Counted from the first letter of the stretch, positions 1 to 10,076 are shown. The stretch: 64,000 nucleotides of DNA from an uncultured Bacillota bacterium (GCA_949299565.1 OX437086.1:102919-166918); one strand, 5' to 3'. The notes: generated by a model not told the origin, from the letters alone. Program-made: numbers and translations.

Positions 1-131
1 TTATGCTGAAGTTCTTCATCGCTCAAAGAACCCATCTCTTCGTCGTAAGCCATAACGCGTTCTGCTTCGCGTCCATAACGATTGACTTCTCGCTGTTCCA
101 AGTGAAATATTTTCTCAATAAAATTAGCCAC
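1..131 (-). CDS. secA: Preprotein translocase SecA, N-terminal 43 codons only; the gene continues beyond the window start
   Basis: Reverse-strand translation from GTG at 131 gives MANFIEKIFHLEQREVNRYGREAERVMAYDEEMGSLSDEELQHK, matching the conserved SecA N-terminus (..K.F....R.L.RY.....I......M..LSDEEL..KT). AGGAGA lies 5 nt upstream. The + strand ORF 3..188 is its antisense shadow. Confidence 0.7.
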   Translation of the reverse strand, partial: MANFIEKIFHLEQREVNRYGREAERVMAYDEEMGSLSDEELQH

Positions 132-204
132 AATAATCTCCTAAAAATAGAGCGACAACATCTTATCACAAAGCTCTCCTTTCTTTAAGAAAGGAATCAT
201 GACT

Positions 205-831
205 TTATGAAGGAGCGTCAGATGCCGCTACTAAAACTTTAATTTTCCGTGCTCCTAACTCCCTCAATAATGAATAACATGCTCGAATCGTTGAACCTGT
301 CGTCAAAACATCATCCACAAGAAGAATTTTGTAATTTTTTAACGAAACTTTTTCGCGCAATAAAATACAATCTCCGATTTTGGATCGTTCTTCTCTTCCT
401 AAATCGGCCTGCTTAATGTCTTTTGTTTTGATGAACAAATCTAGTTGTCGAAGTCCGAGAGAGGAAAAGATTTCTTTGACGTGTGAAAAACCGCGTTTCT
501 TTTCTCTTTCAGAATATGAAGGGGCGGCTACCATCCAGTAATTTTTAAATTTAAGGCGCAAATAAGGCAAAAAATAATAAAGAAATATGTCTTTTAATTC
601 GTAATCTCCTAGACTCTTAAAACGGAAAAGTAAATTTTGAAACTCTCCGTGATACTTATAAAGAACTAGGGCTTTATCTAAGGAAAAATCAATTTTTCTA
701 AGTTGAGGATTCAGTTTATAAAAACAATGCGGGCAAAGAATTAATTCTCTTTTGCCAATAGTCAAAATATTTTCTTGTAACGGCTTAAAACACACGCGAC
801 AAAAATCCATTGCAGTACTTAATCTCCTCAA
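205..831 (-). CDS. comFC: ComFC-like competence protein: N-terminal Cys4 zinc ribbon plus phosphoribosyltransferase domain
   Basis: CRVCFKPL...CPHCF zinc-ribbon motifs and the PRTase motif ILLVDDVLTTGSTI. Overlaps comFA by 47 nt, as in typical comF operons. Confidence 0.75.
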   Translation of the reverse strand: MRRLSTAMDFCRVCFKPLQENILTIGKRELILCPHCFYKLNPQLRKIDFSLDKALVLYKYHGEFQNLLFRFKSLGDYELKDIFLYYFLPYLRLKFKNYWMVAAPSYSEREKKRGFSHVKEIFSSLGLRQLDLFIKTKDIKQADLGREERSKIGDCILLREKVSLKNYKILLVDDVLTTGSTIRACYSLLRELGARKIKVLVAASDAPS

Positions 832-1948
832 TCGCTTCTTTGATGGCTTTATTATGACGCCGTGTCAAAAAGAGAACCTCACCATCGGGAGCATCGGCTT
901 TTCGCCCGACACGTCCCGCTATTTGAATAAGCGTGCTCGAATCATATATCCATTCTGTATCGGCATTGACGACAATCACCTGAAGATTTTTGATGGTCAC
1001 CCCTCTTTCTAAAATAGAAGTCGTAACCAAAAACGAAAGTTTCCCTTTTTTAAAATCAAAAATTGTTTGCTGATATTTTTCCTCCTCTGAATGGACAAGA
1101 CCTCCGCCTTTAACGAAAAGTTTCAAATAAGAGAAAATATATTCGGCGATTGCGATTGTCGGGGCAAAAATAAAAAGCGGTTTCTCTTCTTTTTGATATT
1201 TCTTTATTTTGTACAAAAGATAGGGAATTCTTAAAAAATCGGGAATGATGATTGCACGAGGAACCGGCAAAGGACGACGATGGAATCTTGTTCGCAATTC
1301 TAAAATTTGATGGCCTTTTTGCTGAAATTGCTGAAGTATTTTCTTGGTCGGAGTTGCCGTCAATAAGACAAAATGTCCCTTGACGGAACGCTTGAAAAAG
1401 AGTTCAAGCAAATCGTTATCTTTGTAGGGGAAAGCGTCAATTTCATCCATAACTAGCAAATCGAAATAATTTTCATAACGAAAAAGCTGATGAGTTGTGA
1501 GAACGATGATGTCGCCGGTCAATTTATCGTGATGACCGCCATAGACGCTCGTGACATTTAAAAAAGGGAAAGCTTCTTGAATTCTAGGAGCTAGCTCAAT
1601 CACTACATCCTTCCGCGGAAGCGCAAAGCCTACTTGACCTCCGTCTCTTAAAACTTTCTCCATCAAGCTATATGTGAGTTCAGTTTTTCCGGCTCCCGTA
1701 ACAGCATAAACTAACGTATTGAGTCCTTGTTTATATCCTAGGCAAACGGCGTCCGCGATTTCTTTTTGCTCTTGGCTCAACTTAAAATTAAGAACCAAGG
1801 TTGGGTTTCTTTCTTTAGAAGAAAGCGGTTCTGCCTTCGTTCCAACAAAACTCAAGCATTTACGGCAGTATTTTCGGCCATTCAGTGACCCGATATAAAG
1901 GGAATCTTCGTTACCGCAACGGGGGCAAAACCAACTCTCTTCCATCAC
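785..1948 (-). CDS. comFA: ComFA competence helicase, DEAD/DEAH family
   Basis: N-terminal CPRCGN...CRKC zinc finger, Walker A AVTGAGKT, DEID box and helicase C-terminal motifs (TSILERG...Q.AGRVGR). Confidence 0.8.
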   Translation of the reverse strand: MMEESWFCPRCGNEDSLYIGSLNGRKYCRKCLSFVGTKAEPLSSKERNPTLVLNFKLSQEQKEIADAVCLGYKQGLNTLVYAVTGAGKTELTYSLMEKVLRDGGQVGFALPRKDVVIELAPRIQEAFPFLNVTSVYGGHHDKLTGDIIVLTTHQLFRYENYFDLLVMDEIDAFPYKDNDLLELFFKRSVKGHFVLLTATPTKKILQQFQQKGHQILELRTRFHRRPLPVPRAIIIPDFLRIPYLLYKIKKYQKEEKPLFIFAPTIAIAEYIFSYLKLFVKGGGLVHSEEEKYQQTIFDFKKGKLSFLVTTSILERGVTIKNLQVIVVNADTEWIYDSSTLIQIAGRVGRKADAPDGEVLFLTRRHNKAIKEAIEEIKYCNGFLSRVF

Positions 1949-1981
1949 TAATAAATAGTGAAAGATAGAGCAGTCTGCCCA

Positions 1982-2419
1982 TTATTTTTCGTAATCACTT
2001 ATCAAATCCAAGCGCTTTTGATGTCGTCCGCCAAGAAACTCTGTATTTAGAAAAATATCAATTCGACGAAGAATGTCTTCTTCTTTCATAAAGCGCGCGC
2101 CGAAAGCAACAGCGTTCGCGTTATTGTGTTCACGCAAAAGACGCGTCACTTCATCATCGTAAGCAACGCCGCATCTGATTCCTTTGACCTTATTGATAGC
2201 GATCGAAATACCCTCGCCCGTGCCACAGAAAATAATCGCATAATCAGCTTTATGTTGATTGATAGCTTCCCCGGCTTTGAAAGCAAAAACAGGATAATCG
2301 ACCGATTCTTCAGAAAAGGCTCCAACATCAAGAACTTCAATGTTCTTGTCCATTAAATAGTCCTTCACCTTTTCTTTAATTTCAAAACCGGCATGATCAG
2401 AAGCGAGCACGACCTTCAT
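1982..2419 (-). CDS. rpiB: Ribose-5-phosphate isomerase B
   Basis: MKVVLASDHAGFEIKEKVKDYL is the RpiB/LacAB family signature. Start refined to ATG 2419 (GGGAGGA 7 nt upstream). ATGA overlap with the tsaC stop. Confidence 0.85.
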   Translation of the reverse strand: MKVVLASDHAGFEIKEKVKDYLMDKNIEVLDVGAFSEESVDYPVFAFKAGEAINQHKADYAIIFCGTGEGISIAINKVKGIRCGVAYDDEVTRLLREHNNANAVAFGARFMKEEDILRRIDIFLNTEFLGGRHQKRLDLISDYEK

Positions 2420-3051
2420 TTTGTTTCCTCCCACATTTTCTTTAGAGTTTCAAATTTTATTTCTCCTTGTCTGATGAGTTTCAAATCGTTATTTTCAACC
2501 TTAATGATTGTCGAAGCTAGAGACGATTGCGACTCACCTTCCACGATAGCGTCTATCCCTTCCGGAAAAGTCTTAAAGACCTCGCGAGAAGAAGTTAAAG
2601 CTAATTCACCCGAACGATTAGCGGAAGTGACTAAACAAGGTTTACTAACTAATTTTAGAAGAGACTGAATGTAGGAGTCATCGGGAACCCGAAAACCAAT
2701 GATTCCAGTTTGATGATCAACCCAGGAGGGAAGCGATGAAATAGCTGGTGCTAAAACGGTTAAAGGAGAAGGAAAAACGCGCTTCAAAAAAGAGAAAAGA
2801 TGAGCGTCTTTCTTCAAAAAAGGAAGCAACATCTCAACGTTAGGAAACATCAATGAGAAAGGTTTATCAGGACTTCTGCCCTTCAATGAACATAATTTTT
2901 CGTATGCTTGCTGATTGTCATAAATGACCCCTACCCCAAAAACTGTCTCAGTCGGAAAAGCCAAAATTCCACCGCGAAGAAGAACTTCAGACGCTTTAAC
3001 GAGATCGCTTTTTATAAGGTGCAGGGTTTTTGCTTCAGGCGACATAAACAA
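2416..3051 (-). CDS. tsaC: L-threonylcarbamoyladenylate synthase, YrdC/YwlC type (t6A biosynthesis)
   Basis: ILAFPTETVFGVG YrdC motif. 211 aa, no Sua5 C-domain. Confidence 0.75.
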   Translation of the reverse strand: MFMSPEAKTLHLIKSDLVKASEVLLRGGILAFPTETVFGVGVIYDNQQAYEKLCSLKGRSPDKPFSLMFPNVEMLLPFLKKDAHLFSFLKRVFPSPLTVLAPAISSLPSWVDHQTGIIGFRVPDDSYIQSLLKLVSKPCLVTSANRSGELALTSSREVFKTFPEGIDAIVEGESQSSLASTIIKVENNDLKLIRQGEIKFETLKKMWEETK

Positions 3052-3877
3052 ATAAAAACCTCAAAAGACCATTCAAGTCTTTAACGAAACGATATTCAGC
3101 GTGAGGTACATAGATTTTTATCTCCTCTTTTAGCATTTCTTCTAAATCAGGAGAAATTTCAAAAGCTAAAAAGATTGAACCTTTTTTCACCCTTTGAAGA
3201 TTAGAAAAAATTTTATGGTAAACATTATTCTCTTCACTTAAAAGCAACGCGGTTTTCGGCTCATAGTTATAAACGGACGCTTGAGCATCATTTAAATCGC
3301 GAATATATGGCGGATTTGAAACGATGATATCAAGGGCCATATTTTTCTCAATAAATGGCGTAAGAGCGTCGCCCTCGAGTGTCGAAATTCCCATTTTTTC
3401 TTTTGCGAAATTAATTCTCGCTACTTCTAGAGCTTCTCTTGAAAGATCAGAGGCCGTAATCAACCAGTTGGGGAAAAGTTCTTTCAAAGCAATCGCAAGT
3501 GCCCCGGATCCAGTTCCGATGTCCGCACAAACCAAATAATTGCGCGGCTCATAATAGTCAGAAATTATTTCGCTCAAATTAGCAATCAGTTCCTCAGACT
3601 CGCCGCGCGGAATCAAAACGCGACTGTCAACAAAAAGACGATGGTGCAAAAAGGAGGCCTCGTTGACGATGTATTCAAGCGGTTCTCCTTTCTTTAAACG
3701 CGCAACTTGTTCCCAAAATAGATTCTCGTTTTTTAAACTATCATTTTGATGAGAAAAAACGTCAATTTGCGAAGAAAACCCTTCGTTCTTCATTATTAAA
3801 GTTCGAAGTTCTAATGGCAAAATGCCGTCCTGTTTTCCCTCGTTATATGCTTTTCTAATAGCCTCTTGAATCGTCAT
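3035..3877 (-). CDS. prmC: Release factor glutamine N5-methyltransferase PrmC/HemK
   Basis: SAM-binding motif DIGTGSGALAIALK and NPPY catalytic motif. Immediately downstream of prfA. Confidence 0.85.
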   Translation of the reverse strand: MTIQEAIRKAYNEGKQDGILPLELRTLIMKNEGFSSQIDVFSHQNDSLKNENLFWEQVARLKKGEPLEYIVNEASFLHHRLFVDSRVLIPRGESEELIANLSEIISDYYEPRNYLVCADIGTGSGALAIALKELFPNWLITASDLSREALEVARINFAKEKMGISTLEGDALTPFIEKNMALDIIVSNPPYIRDLNDAQASVYNYEPKTALLLSEENNVYHKIFSNLQRVKKGSIFLAFEISPDLEEMLKEEIKIYVPHAEYRFVKDLNGLLRFLFVYVA

Positions 3878-4938
3878 TCTTTTTCCTCAATCAGCCTCTC
3901 TTGTTCATAATGAATAAGCGCCTCAATGATTGGATCTAATTCTCCTTCCATTACGCGATCAAGCGTATTGGTCGTAAAGCCGATTCGATGATCAGTTACG
4001 CGATTTTGTGGATAATTATAGGTTCGAATCTTTTCTGATCTTGCTCCCGTCCCGACTTTTAATTTCCGTTCGCTAGCCCTTTCGCCTTCGACTTGTGATT
4101 GATAGTAATCGTGCACTTTACTTCTGATCATTCGCAAACAAATCTCTTTATTTTGTAACTGCGCTTTTTCAGTTTGACAGGAAACGACTATCCCCGTAGG
4201 AATGTGCGTGATGCGAACGGCAGATTCGGTCTTATTGACATTTTGTCCGCCAGCACCTTGACTCCGATAAGTATCGATTTTTAAATCGGCAGGATCGATT
4301 TTTACGTCAACTTCTTCCATTTCCGGCATTGCTAAAACGATTGCAGTCGATGTATGAATGCGTCCATTAGCCTCAGTCTTTGGAATTCGTTGAACGCGAT
4401 GAACGCCAGATTCATATTTTAATTTCGAATAAGCATTTTTTCCTTTCACTAAGAAAGAAACATAAGCATAGCCGCCGGCGCTGCCCTCTTCGCCGGACAA
4501 AAATTGAATCTTCCAATTTTCTTTTTCTGCATAGCGCGCATACATTCTCAAAAGGTCACCAGCGAAAATATTGGCCTCATCGCCTCCCGCTGCACCTTGA
4601 ATTTCGACAATGATGTTTTTGCTATCGTTAGGATCTACTGGCAATAGCAAAGAACGCAATTCTTCTTCTAAAACTGATAGTTCGCTTTCGATTCTCCGCT
4701 TTTCTTCCTTAAGAAGAGTCTCCATTTCTGGATCGTTACTCCCAAAGGAAGCAACAATTTCTTTTTCTTCGGCTTCAAGCGCCAAAAAATTATTAAATTT
4801 TTCTACCGGCTCTTCTAGCGAAGCTCTTTCCTTCGAAAGGCTAGCCAAACGTGGGATGTCATTAGCGACATTCGGGTCTTCTAGCTCTTTTTCAATTTCT
4901 TGATATCTAGTCTTCGAACTGACTAGACGTTTACGCAT
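3874..4938 (-). CDS. prfA: Peptide chain release factor 1
   Basis: RF-1 domain with SQGAGGQNVNKTESAVRITHIPTGIVV (GGQ motif). The track start at 4989 is a TTG. ATG candidates are 4953, 4950 and 4938 (MRKRLVSS..YQEIEKELEDPNV resembles RF1 N-termini). Confidence 0.85.
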   Translation of the reverse strand: MRKRLVSSKTRYQEIEKELEDPNVANDIPRLASLSKERASLEEPVEKFNNFLALEAEEKEIVASFGSNDPEMETLLKEEKRRIESELSVLEEELRSLLLPVDPNDSKNIIVEIQGAAGGDEANIFAGDLLRMYARYAEKENWKIQFLSGEEGSAGGYAYVSFLVKGKNAYSKLKYESGVHRVQRIPKTEANGRIHTSTAIVLAMPEMEEVDVKIDPADLKIDTYRSQGAGGQNVNKTESAVRITHIPTGIVVSCQTEKAQLQNKEICLRMIRSKVHDYYQSQVEGERASERKLKVGTGARSEKIRTYNYPQNRVTDHRIGFTTNTLDRVMEGELDPIIEALIHYEQERLIEEKE

Positions 4939-4957
4939 GATTTCTTCCATCATTGCT

Positions 4958-4989
4958 ATTATACAGTATTTAAGGAGGGAATATCGCAA
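4958..4989 (-). promoter_or_regulatory. Candidate sigma-A promoter for the prfA-prmC-tsaC-rpiB operon (TTGCGA-N18-TGTATAAT, extended -10)
   Basis: Reverse complement of 4958-4989 reads cTTGCGAtattccctccttaaatacTGTATAAT. The -10 ends about 5 nt before the ATG candidates 4953/4950, so the mRNA may be leaderless or short-leadered. Confidence 0.45.
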
Positions 4990-5038
4990 GCATTCCTTCT
5001 AGAGCATCACTTCATAAGTGCCTATAATATACTGAGTT

Positions 5039-6766
5039 ATGGCCTATCGTGCTTTGTATTTAAAATATCGTCCTCAATCGTTTAATGAGGTAGCGGGTCA
5101 AGCACCTATCGTAAGGACATTAAAGAATGCTCTAAAAAATGAAAAAATAGCCCACGCCTATCTTTTTTCCGGTCCTAGGGGAACTGGGAAAACAACGATG
5201 GCGAGGCTTTTGGCCAAGGCTTTAAACTGCGAAGCCGGGGTGGGACGTCAATGCAATCATTGTTCCAACTGTCTATCAATTATCGAAGGCACTCACCCTG
5301 ATGTCTTAGAAATCGACGCTGCTTCTAATAATGGCGTTGATCAAGCGCGCGAATTAGTTGAACAAGTTAAATATTCGCCAATTAAAGGACGTTACAAAGT
5401 CTATATCATCGATGAAGTTCATATGATGTCCACGGGCGCTTTCAATGCACTCCTAAAAACTTTGGAAGAACCCCCGGACAACGTAATTTTCATTCTTTGC
5501 ACAACCGAGCCGCATAAAGTTCTTCCAACGATTCTTTCTAGATGCCAACGCTTTGATTTCGGAAAAGTGTCGCCGCTAGATATGAAAAACAAGTTGCTTG
5601 AAGTATTGGAAAAGGAAAATGCAACTTATGAAGAGGAAGCACTCAACTTAGTGATTGAGTTGTCCGATGGTGGCATGCGCGACGCTTTATCAATTCTTGA
5701 CCAGGCCCTTGCTTATGGCGATAACGCATTAAAAACGCAGGATTTGCTCGATATTTACGGATTAGCCTCATCAACAGAAAAAATTGATTTCATCTCCGAT
5801 ATTGCTTCTTCTAACGTTTCTTCAATTCTTGAAAGAGTTGAAAAATATGTTGGGAAAGGGGTTGATTTGCGAAGGTTTACGCGCGAGATCGTTTCTCTTT
5901 TCAAAGATGTCTTAATCATTCGCAAAACCGATGATTCTCATTTGTTAGAGACGCTTCCTGAAAGTGAAGCCCAGCGTCTCAACGCGCTCTTCCCGAATGA
6001 AAAGCTCAATCTTTCTTTAGAATCATTTGTCGCGCTTCTTTCCTCTTTTAAAGAAGTCAATGATGTCCGTTCTGCTTTTGAAATTGGAGTGCTTCAACTC
6101 ATTGATAAGCTCAATTTAAAAGAAACTGCCTCATTGGAGCAAGAACATCTCTTGCCAAAAGAGGAAAAAAAGAGCCTTTCTTCACCGCTAGAAGAAAAGA
6201 AGGAGAAAAAAGGAGAACCTCCGTCCTTCCTTTTTGAAGATGAACCTTTGCCTGAAAATAAAGAAACAAAGGAGACGATTGTCGAGACAAAGCCCCCGCT
6301 CCCAAATCTTGATACTTCAAACGTCACATCTCCTCAAATTGCCGTTGAAGGTGATGCTTATTCACTCGATGAAAATGAAATTGTTAAAATTTTAGTGCTC
6401 GCTTCTAAAAAACGGCAAGAAAGAGAAGAACTTCATCATAAGTGGGAACAACTTTTGCCGCTTAAAACTGATCCAAAATTAGGAAATCTAGCCACCTTGC
6501 TGAGCGATGGAAAACCTCTTGCCCTCACTGATAGTTGTCTCATCGTCAGTTATAACTTCAAGAGATTAAGCGCGAAAGCGAACATCAAACAAAATCAAAA
6601 GCCTCTTTCTCAACTAGTAGAATCGTTATTGGGGCGTCACGTTTTCGTCTACGCGGTTGATCCAATTGAACGTTCTAACGTCATTAAACTTTTTTACTCT
6701 CTTCAAACAATTCACAAACTGCCAGCAATCGATACAATTGTCTTAAATTTACCAAAGGAGGAATAA
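5039..6766 (+). CDS. dnaX: DNA polymerase III subunit gamma/tau
   Basis: AAA+ clamp-loader motifs GPRGTGKTT, zinc module CNHCSNC, SRC motif (LSRCQRF). 575 aa. Confidence 0.9.
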   Translation: MAYRALYLKYRPQSFNEVAGQAPIVRTLKNALKNEKIAHAYLFSGPRGTGKTTMARLLAKALNCEAGVGRQCNHCSNCLSIIEGTHPDVLEIDAASNNGVDQARELVEQVKYSPIKGRYKVYIIDEVHMMSTGAFNALLKTLEEPPDNVIFILCTTEPHKVLPTILSRCQRFDFGKVSPLDMKNKLLEVLEKENATYEEEALNLVIELSDGGMRDALSILDQALAYGDNALKTQDLLDIYGLASSTEKIDFISDIASSNVSSILERVEKYVGKGVDLRRFTREIVSLFKDVLIIRKTDDSHLLETLPESEAQRLNALFPNEKLNLSLESFVALLSSFKEVNDVRSAFEIGVLQLIDKLNLKETASLEQEHLLPKEEKKSLSSPLEEKKEKKGEPPSFLFEDEPLPENKETKETIVETKPPLPNLDTSNVTSPQIAVEGDAYSLDENEIVKILVLASKKRQEREELHHKWEQLLPLKTDPKLGNLATLLSDGKPLALTDSCLIVSYNFKRLSAKANIKQNQKPLSQLVESLLGRHVFVYAVDPIERSNVIKLFYSLQTIHKLPAIDTIVLNLPKEE

Positions 6767-6770
6767 ATAA

Positions 6771-7079
6771 ATGCCAAATCCAATGCAGAAAATGTTAATG
6801 CAAGCTCAAAAACTGCAACGCGAAATGTTGAAAGCACAAGAAGAATTAGCGGCTAAAGAATTCACGTCCTCGGCAGGAGGAATTGTGAATGTCACTATCA
6901 AAGGTTCTCGCGAAATCACCTCTATAAAAATTGACGAAGAAGCTTTAAAAGAAGCTGGAAGCGAAATAATCGAAGAATCGCTTATTTCGGCAATCAACAC
7001 TGCCTTACGTGAAATTCAAGAGGCCAACGATCAAATTGAAGAAAAACTCACTCACGGCAACGGAGGTCTCCCCTTCTAA
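6771..7079 (+). CDS. ybaB: Nucleoid-associated protein YbaB/EbfC
   Basis: 102-aa protein of conserved YbaB fold immediately after dnaX and before recR, the canonical dnaX-ybaB-recR synteny. Confidence 0.85.
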   Translation: MPNPMQKMLMQAQKLQREMLKAQEELAAKEFTSSAGGIVNVTIKGSREITSIKIDEEALKEAGSEIIEESLISAINTALREIQEANDQIEEKLTHGNGGLPF

Positions 7080-7675
7080 TGAGCGAAATAAAAGCTCTTA
7101 ACAATCTTGTTGATTCTTTTTCAAAGCTTCCCGGCGTTGGAATAAGAACCGCTGAACGTCTTGCTTATGCAATTCTCGATATGAAGGATGAGGATGCTTT
7201 TGCTTTTTCCAATGCGATTGTTGAAGTGAAAAATACGATTCATCCTTGTTCTAGCTGTGGGCTTTATGCCACTGAAGAAAAATGTGATATATGCAATGAT
7301 TCTTCGCGTGACCACAAAACATTCTGTGTTGTTGCAAACGCCAAAGACGCTTTGGCAATCGAAAAAACCAAAACCTTCCATGGCTTATATCATGTGCTCG
7401 GCGGTCTCATATCAATGAATCGCGGCATCGGACCCGAGGATCTTCAAATTTCTCGCCTTTTAAAACGTCTGAAAAATGAAGAAGCAAAAGAGGTTATCCT
7501 TGCTTTTAATCCAACAATCGAAGGTGAAACTACAACACTATATCTCGCTAAAATTCTTGAAAAGGAAAACATCCAGGTAACGCGTCTAGCTTACGGATTA
7601 TCGATGGGAACATCATTAGAATACGCTGACGGAATGACACTAGAAAAAGCCTTTGAAGGCCGGAGGAAGCCTTAA
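7079..7675 (+). CDS. recR: Recombination protein RecR
   Basis: HhH N-terminus, C4 zinc finger CSSCG...CDICND, Toprim domain. Confidence 0.9.
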   Translation: MSEIKALNNLVDSFSKLPGVGIRTAERLAYAILDMKDEDAFAFSNAIVEVKNTIHPCSSCGLYATEEKCDICNDSSRDHKTFCVVANAKDALAIEKTKTFHGLYHVLGGLISMNRGIGPEDLQISRLLKRLKNEEAKEVILAFNPTIEGETTTLYLAKILEKENIQVTRLAYGLSMGTSLEYADGMTLEKAFEGRRKP

Positions 7676-8298
7676 TGTTTATCACGTTTGAAGGTGGCGA
7701 GGGATCTGGCAAATCAACAGCCATCAAGCATCTTGTTAATTTTTTAAAAGAGAACGGATATGAAGTTGTTTTGACGCGCGAACCAGGCGGCACGCCTATT
7801 TCCGAAGAAATAAGAAAAGTGATTTTAGAAAAACAAAACACTGACATGGATCCGTGGACCGAAGCCTTGCTTTATGCGGCCGCAAGACGTCAACATGTCG
7901 TCGAAAAAATTCTACCTGCCCTCAAAAAACATCAAATTGTTCTCTCTGATCGCTATTTAGATTCTTCTTTGGCCTATCAAGGCGGAGCACGTGAACTCGG
8001 AATTGACGAAGTTCTCAAAATAAACGAAGTAGCGACAGGAGGCTTGCTTCCTGATTTAACTATTCTCTTCGATTTAGATCCTAATAACGGTTTAAAACGC
8101 ATCGCCGATAACGAAAGGCGGGAAGTCAATCGCCTCGATTTAGAAAAAATTAGTTTCCATCAAAAAGTCCGTGCTTCATTTTTAGAATTAGCGAAGCGCT
8201 ATCCTGAACGTTATGTCATTATCGACGCTTCCAAAAACGAGAATGAAGTTTACGAGGAAGTATTGTCTGCAGTTAAAAATGTTTTGCGTCGAAGATGA
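7675..8298 (+). CDS. tmk: Thymidylate kinase
   Basis: P-loop FITFEGGEGSGKST, DRY motif. Ends in TGA, which overlaps the holB ATG (ATGA). Confidence 0.9.
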   Translation: MFITFEGGEGSGKSTAIKHLVNFLKENGYEVVLTREPGGTPISEEIRKVILEKQNTDMDPWTEALLYAAARRQHVVEKILPALKKHQIVLSDRYLDSSLAYQGGARELGIDEVLKINEVATGGLLPDLTILFDLDPNNGLKRIADNERREVNRLDLEKISFHQKVRASFLELAKRYPERYVIIDASKNENEVYEEVLSAVKNVLRRR

Positions 8299-9266
8299 AA
8301 TTCTCTGAATATCTAAAAAAAGACCAGCCAGTTGCGTGGAAATTGCTTACAAATTCTTTTTCTTTGCATCATTTGACTCACGCGTATTTATTATCGGGCG
8401 AGTTAGGCATTCCTCTAAAAGAATGTGCCTTTTTCTTAGCTAAGTCATTTTTATGTCTTCATCCAGACCCTTTAGCAGATGAAGAATGTCGAATTTGTCA
8501 ACGCGTTGAACATTTAACTTATAACGATTTTCTTTTTCTTGATGGCAGCAACGGCACGATCAAAAAAGACGATGTGCGAAATGTAGTTGGCGATTTCTCC
8601 AAGACGCCTTTAGAAACTCGTCACATTCTCGTCTACGTCATTCACTTAGTGGAAAACATGACCACGGAAGCTATTAATTCGCTTCTTAAATTTTTAGAAG
8701 AACCGCAAAAAGATACTTATGCTATTTTAACAAGCGAAAACGAAGCCCGAGTTCTGCCAACTATTCTTTCGCGTTGCGAGGTTATCCGCCTCCGAAAAAT
8801 TCCTCAGGATCAAGTCATTGAAGAAGCCTTAAATGATGGCATTAAATTAGAAGATGCTCTCCTAATTTCATCTTATTTAAACAATCCATCCTCCTTTAAA
8901 AATGAAACTGAAGATGAAGCTTATCAAAATGCAAAATCTCTTTTTCGTGTTGCCGCTGAAAATTTTAAAAAACCAAAGGCAGAACAAATTTTCATTTGGG
9001 AAAAAGATTTAATTCCATTTTTAACAGGAAAAAAAGACGCGCGTCTTTTCATCAATTTTCTTATTTTGTTAGTGCGAGAAATACTTGAGAGCAAAAACGG
9101 GAAAAAAACACTTTCATATTCCTATGCTAAAATATTCATTGGAGACGATGAAAGCGGTCTTAATTTCACGCAGTCGAGTCTCGCTCTTCTATTGAAAGCA
9201 CGTCAAGATCTCGACATGAATATCGGATTGCCTCTTCTTCTTGAGCATTTAATTCGGAGCCTATAA
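8295..9266 (+). CDS. holB: DNA polymerase III subunit delta' (clamp loader)
   Basis: Positioned after tmk as in Firmicutes. Degenerate AAA+ module with SRC motif (LSRCEVIRL). Confidence 0.7.
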   Translation: MKFSEYLKKDQPVAWKLLTNSFSLHHLTHAYLLSGELGIPLKECAFFLAKSFLCLHPDPLADEECRICQRVEHLTYNDFLFLDGSNGTIKKDDVRNVVGDFSKTPLETRHILVYVIHLVENMTTEAINSLLKFLEEPQKDTYAILTSENEARVLPTILSRCEVIRLRKIPQDQVIEEALNDGIKLEDALLISSYLNNPSSFKNETEDEAYQNAKSLFRVAAENFKKPKAEQIFIWEKDLIPFLTGKKDARLFINFLILLVREILESKNGKKTLSYSYAKIFIGDDESGLNFTQSSLALLLKARQDLDMNIGLPLLLEHLIRSL

Positions 9267-9269
9267 TCG

Positions 9270-10076
9270 ATGGAACTTGCAAATTATTACTGTGGGGTAT
9301 TGTTGCCATATAGTCAAAAAACTGAATTTTATTCGGTCACTGATCTATCACTCAAAAAAGGAGATTATGTCGTGATCAATAGCAGCCTGGGATTAGAGAT
9401 GGCACGGGTTTCAACTGACTTAATTAGAGCACGCGAAGAGATGGAGAGTCTCCCAAGCATCCTTCGTAAAGCCGACGCTCAAGATTTGGCGATAAATGAT
9501 CAATATCTAGAACTCAATAAGAAAGCTCAAGAGTGCTTTATTGAGGAAGTAAAAAAATTAGCCCTACCGATGCAACTTCTTTATTCAACTTATACATTAG
9601 ACGGAGATAAGTGCCTCTTTGCTTTCGTCAGCGATGGCCGCGTTGATTTCCGTGATCTTCTGAAGGCTTTAGCCTCCGAACTTCATTGTCGAATTGAGTT
9701 GCGGCAAATCATGCCTCGTGACCGCGCAAAAATCAGCGGAGGCGTCGGAATATGCGGGCTTCCTCTCTGCTGCTCCAACTTCCTTGCGCGTTTCGACGGA
9801 ATCGGAGTCTTCCGTTTAAAGAATCAAATGTTGTCCTTAAATACGCAAAAATTCTCAGGCCCCTGTGGCAAACTTAAGTGTTGTCTCCTTTTTGAGGATG
9901 ATCTCTATATAGAAGAGAAAAAGAAATATCCGCCGGTTGGCAGCATCGTTCGCGATGGTCAAAAAGAATATCAAGTGGATTCATATAACATTCTCTCGCG
10001 CACGATAACTTTAAAAAATGACGATGAGAGTCGAACGATTTCTTTAAATGAACTTTCCAAAATGAATAGACATTGA
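9270..10076 (+). CDS. ricT: PSP1-domain protein RicT/YaaT
   Basis: PSP1 C-terminal domain with conserved Cys cluster (CGLPLCCSNF...CGKLKCC). Conserved position after holB. Confidence 0.7.
   Translation: MELANYYCGVLLPYSQKTEFYSVTDLSLKKGDYVVINSSLGLEMARVSTDLIRAREEMESLPSILRKADAQDLAINDQYLELNKKAQECFIEEVKKLALPMQLLYSTYTLDGDKCLFAFVSDGRVDFRDLLKALASELHCRIELRQIMPRDRAKISGGVGICGLPLCCSNFLARFDGIGVFRLKNQMLSLNTQKFSGPCGKLKCCLLFEDDLYIEEKKKYPPVGSIVRDGQKEYQVDSYNILSRTITLKNDDESRTISLNELSKMNRH

Noticed and set aside
3-188. + strand ORF of 61 aa at the window start
   Set aside because: The opposite strand encodes the conserved SecA N-terminus with an SD and GTG start. The + ORF is an antisense shadow.
185-203. Hairpin TCCTTTC-TTTAA-GAAAGGA after comFC
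   Set aside because: No U-tract follows on the sense strand and secA starts 54 nt later. Not confidently a terminator.
6094-6327. Two overlapping minus-strand ORFs inside dnaX
   Set aside because: Antisense of the K/E-rich low-complexity linker of tau. No RBS and low-complexity translation.
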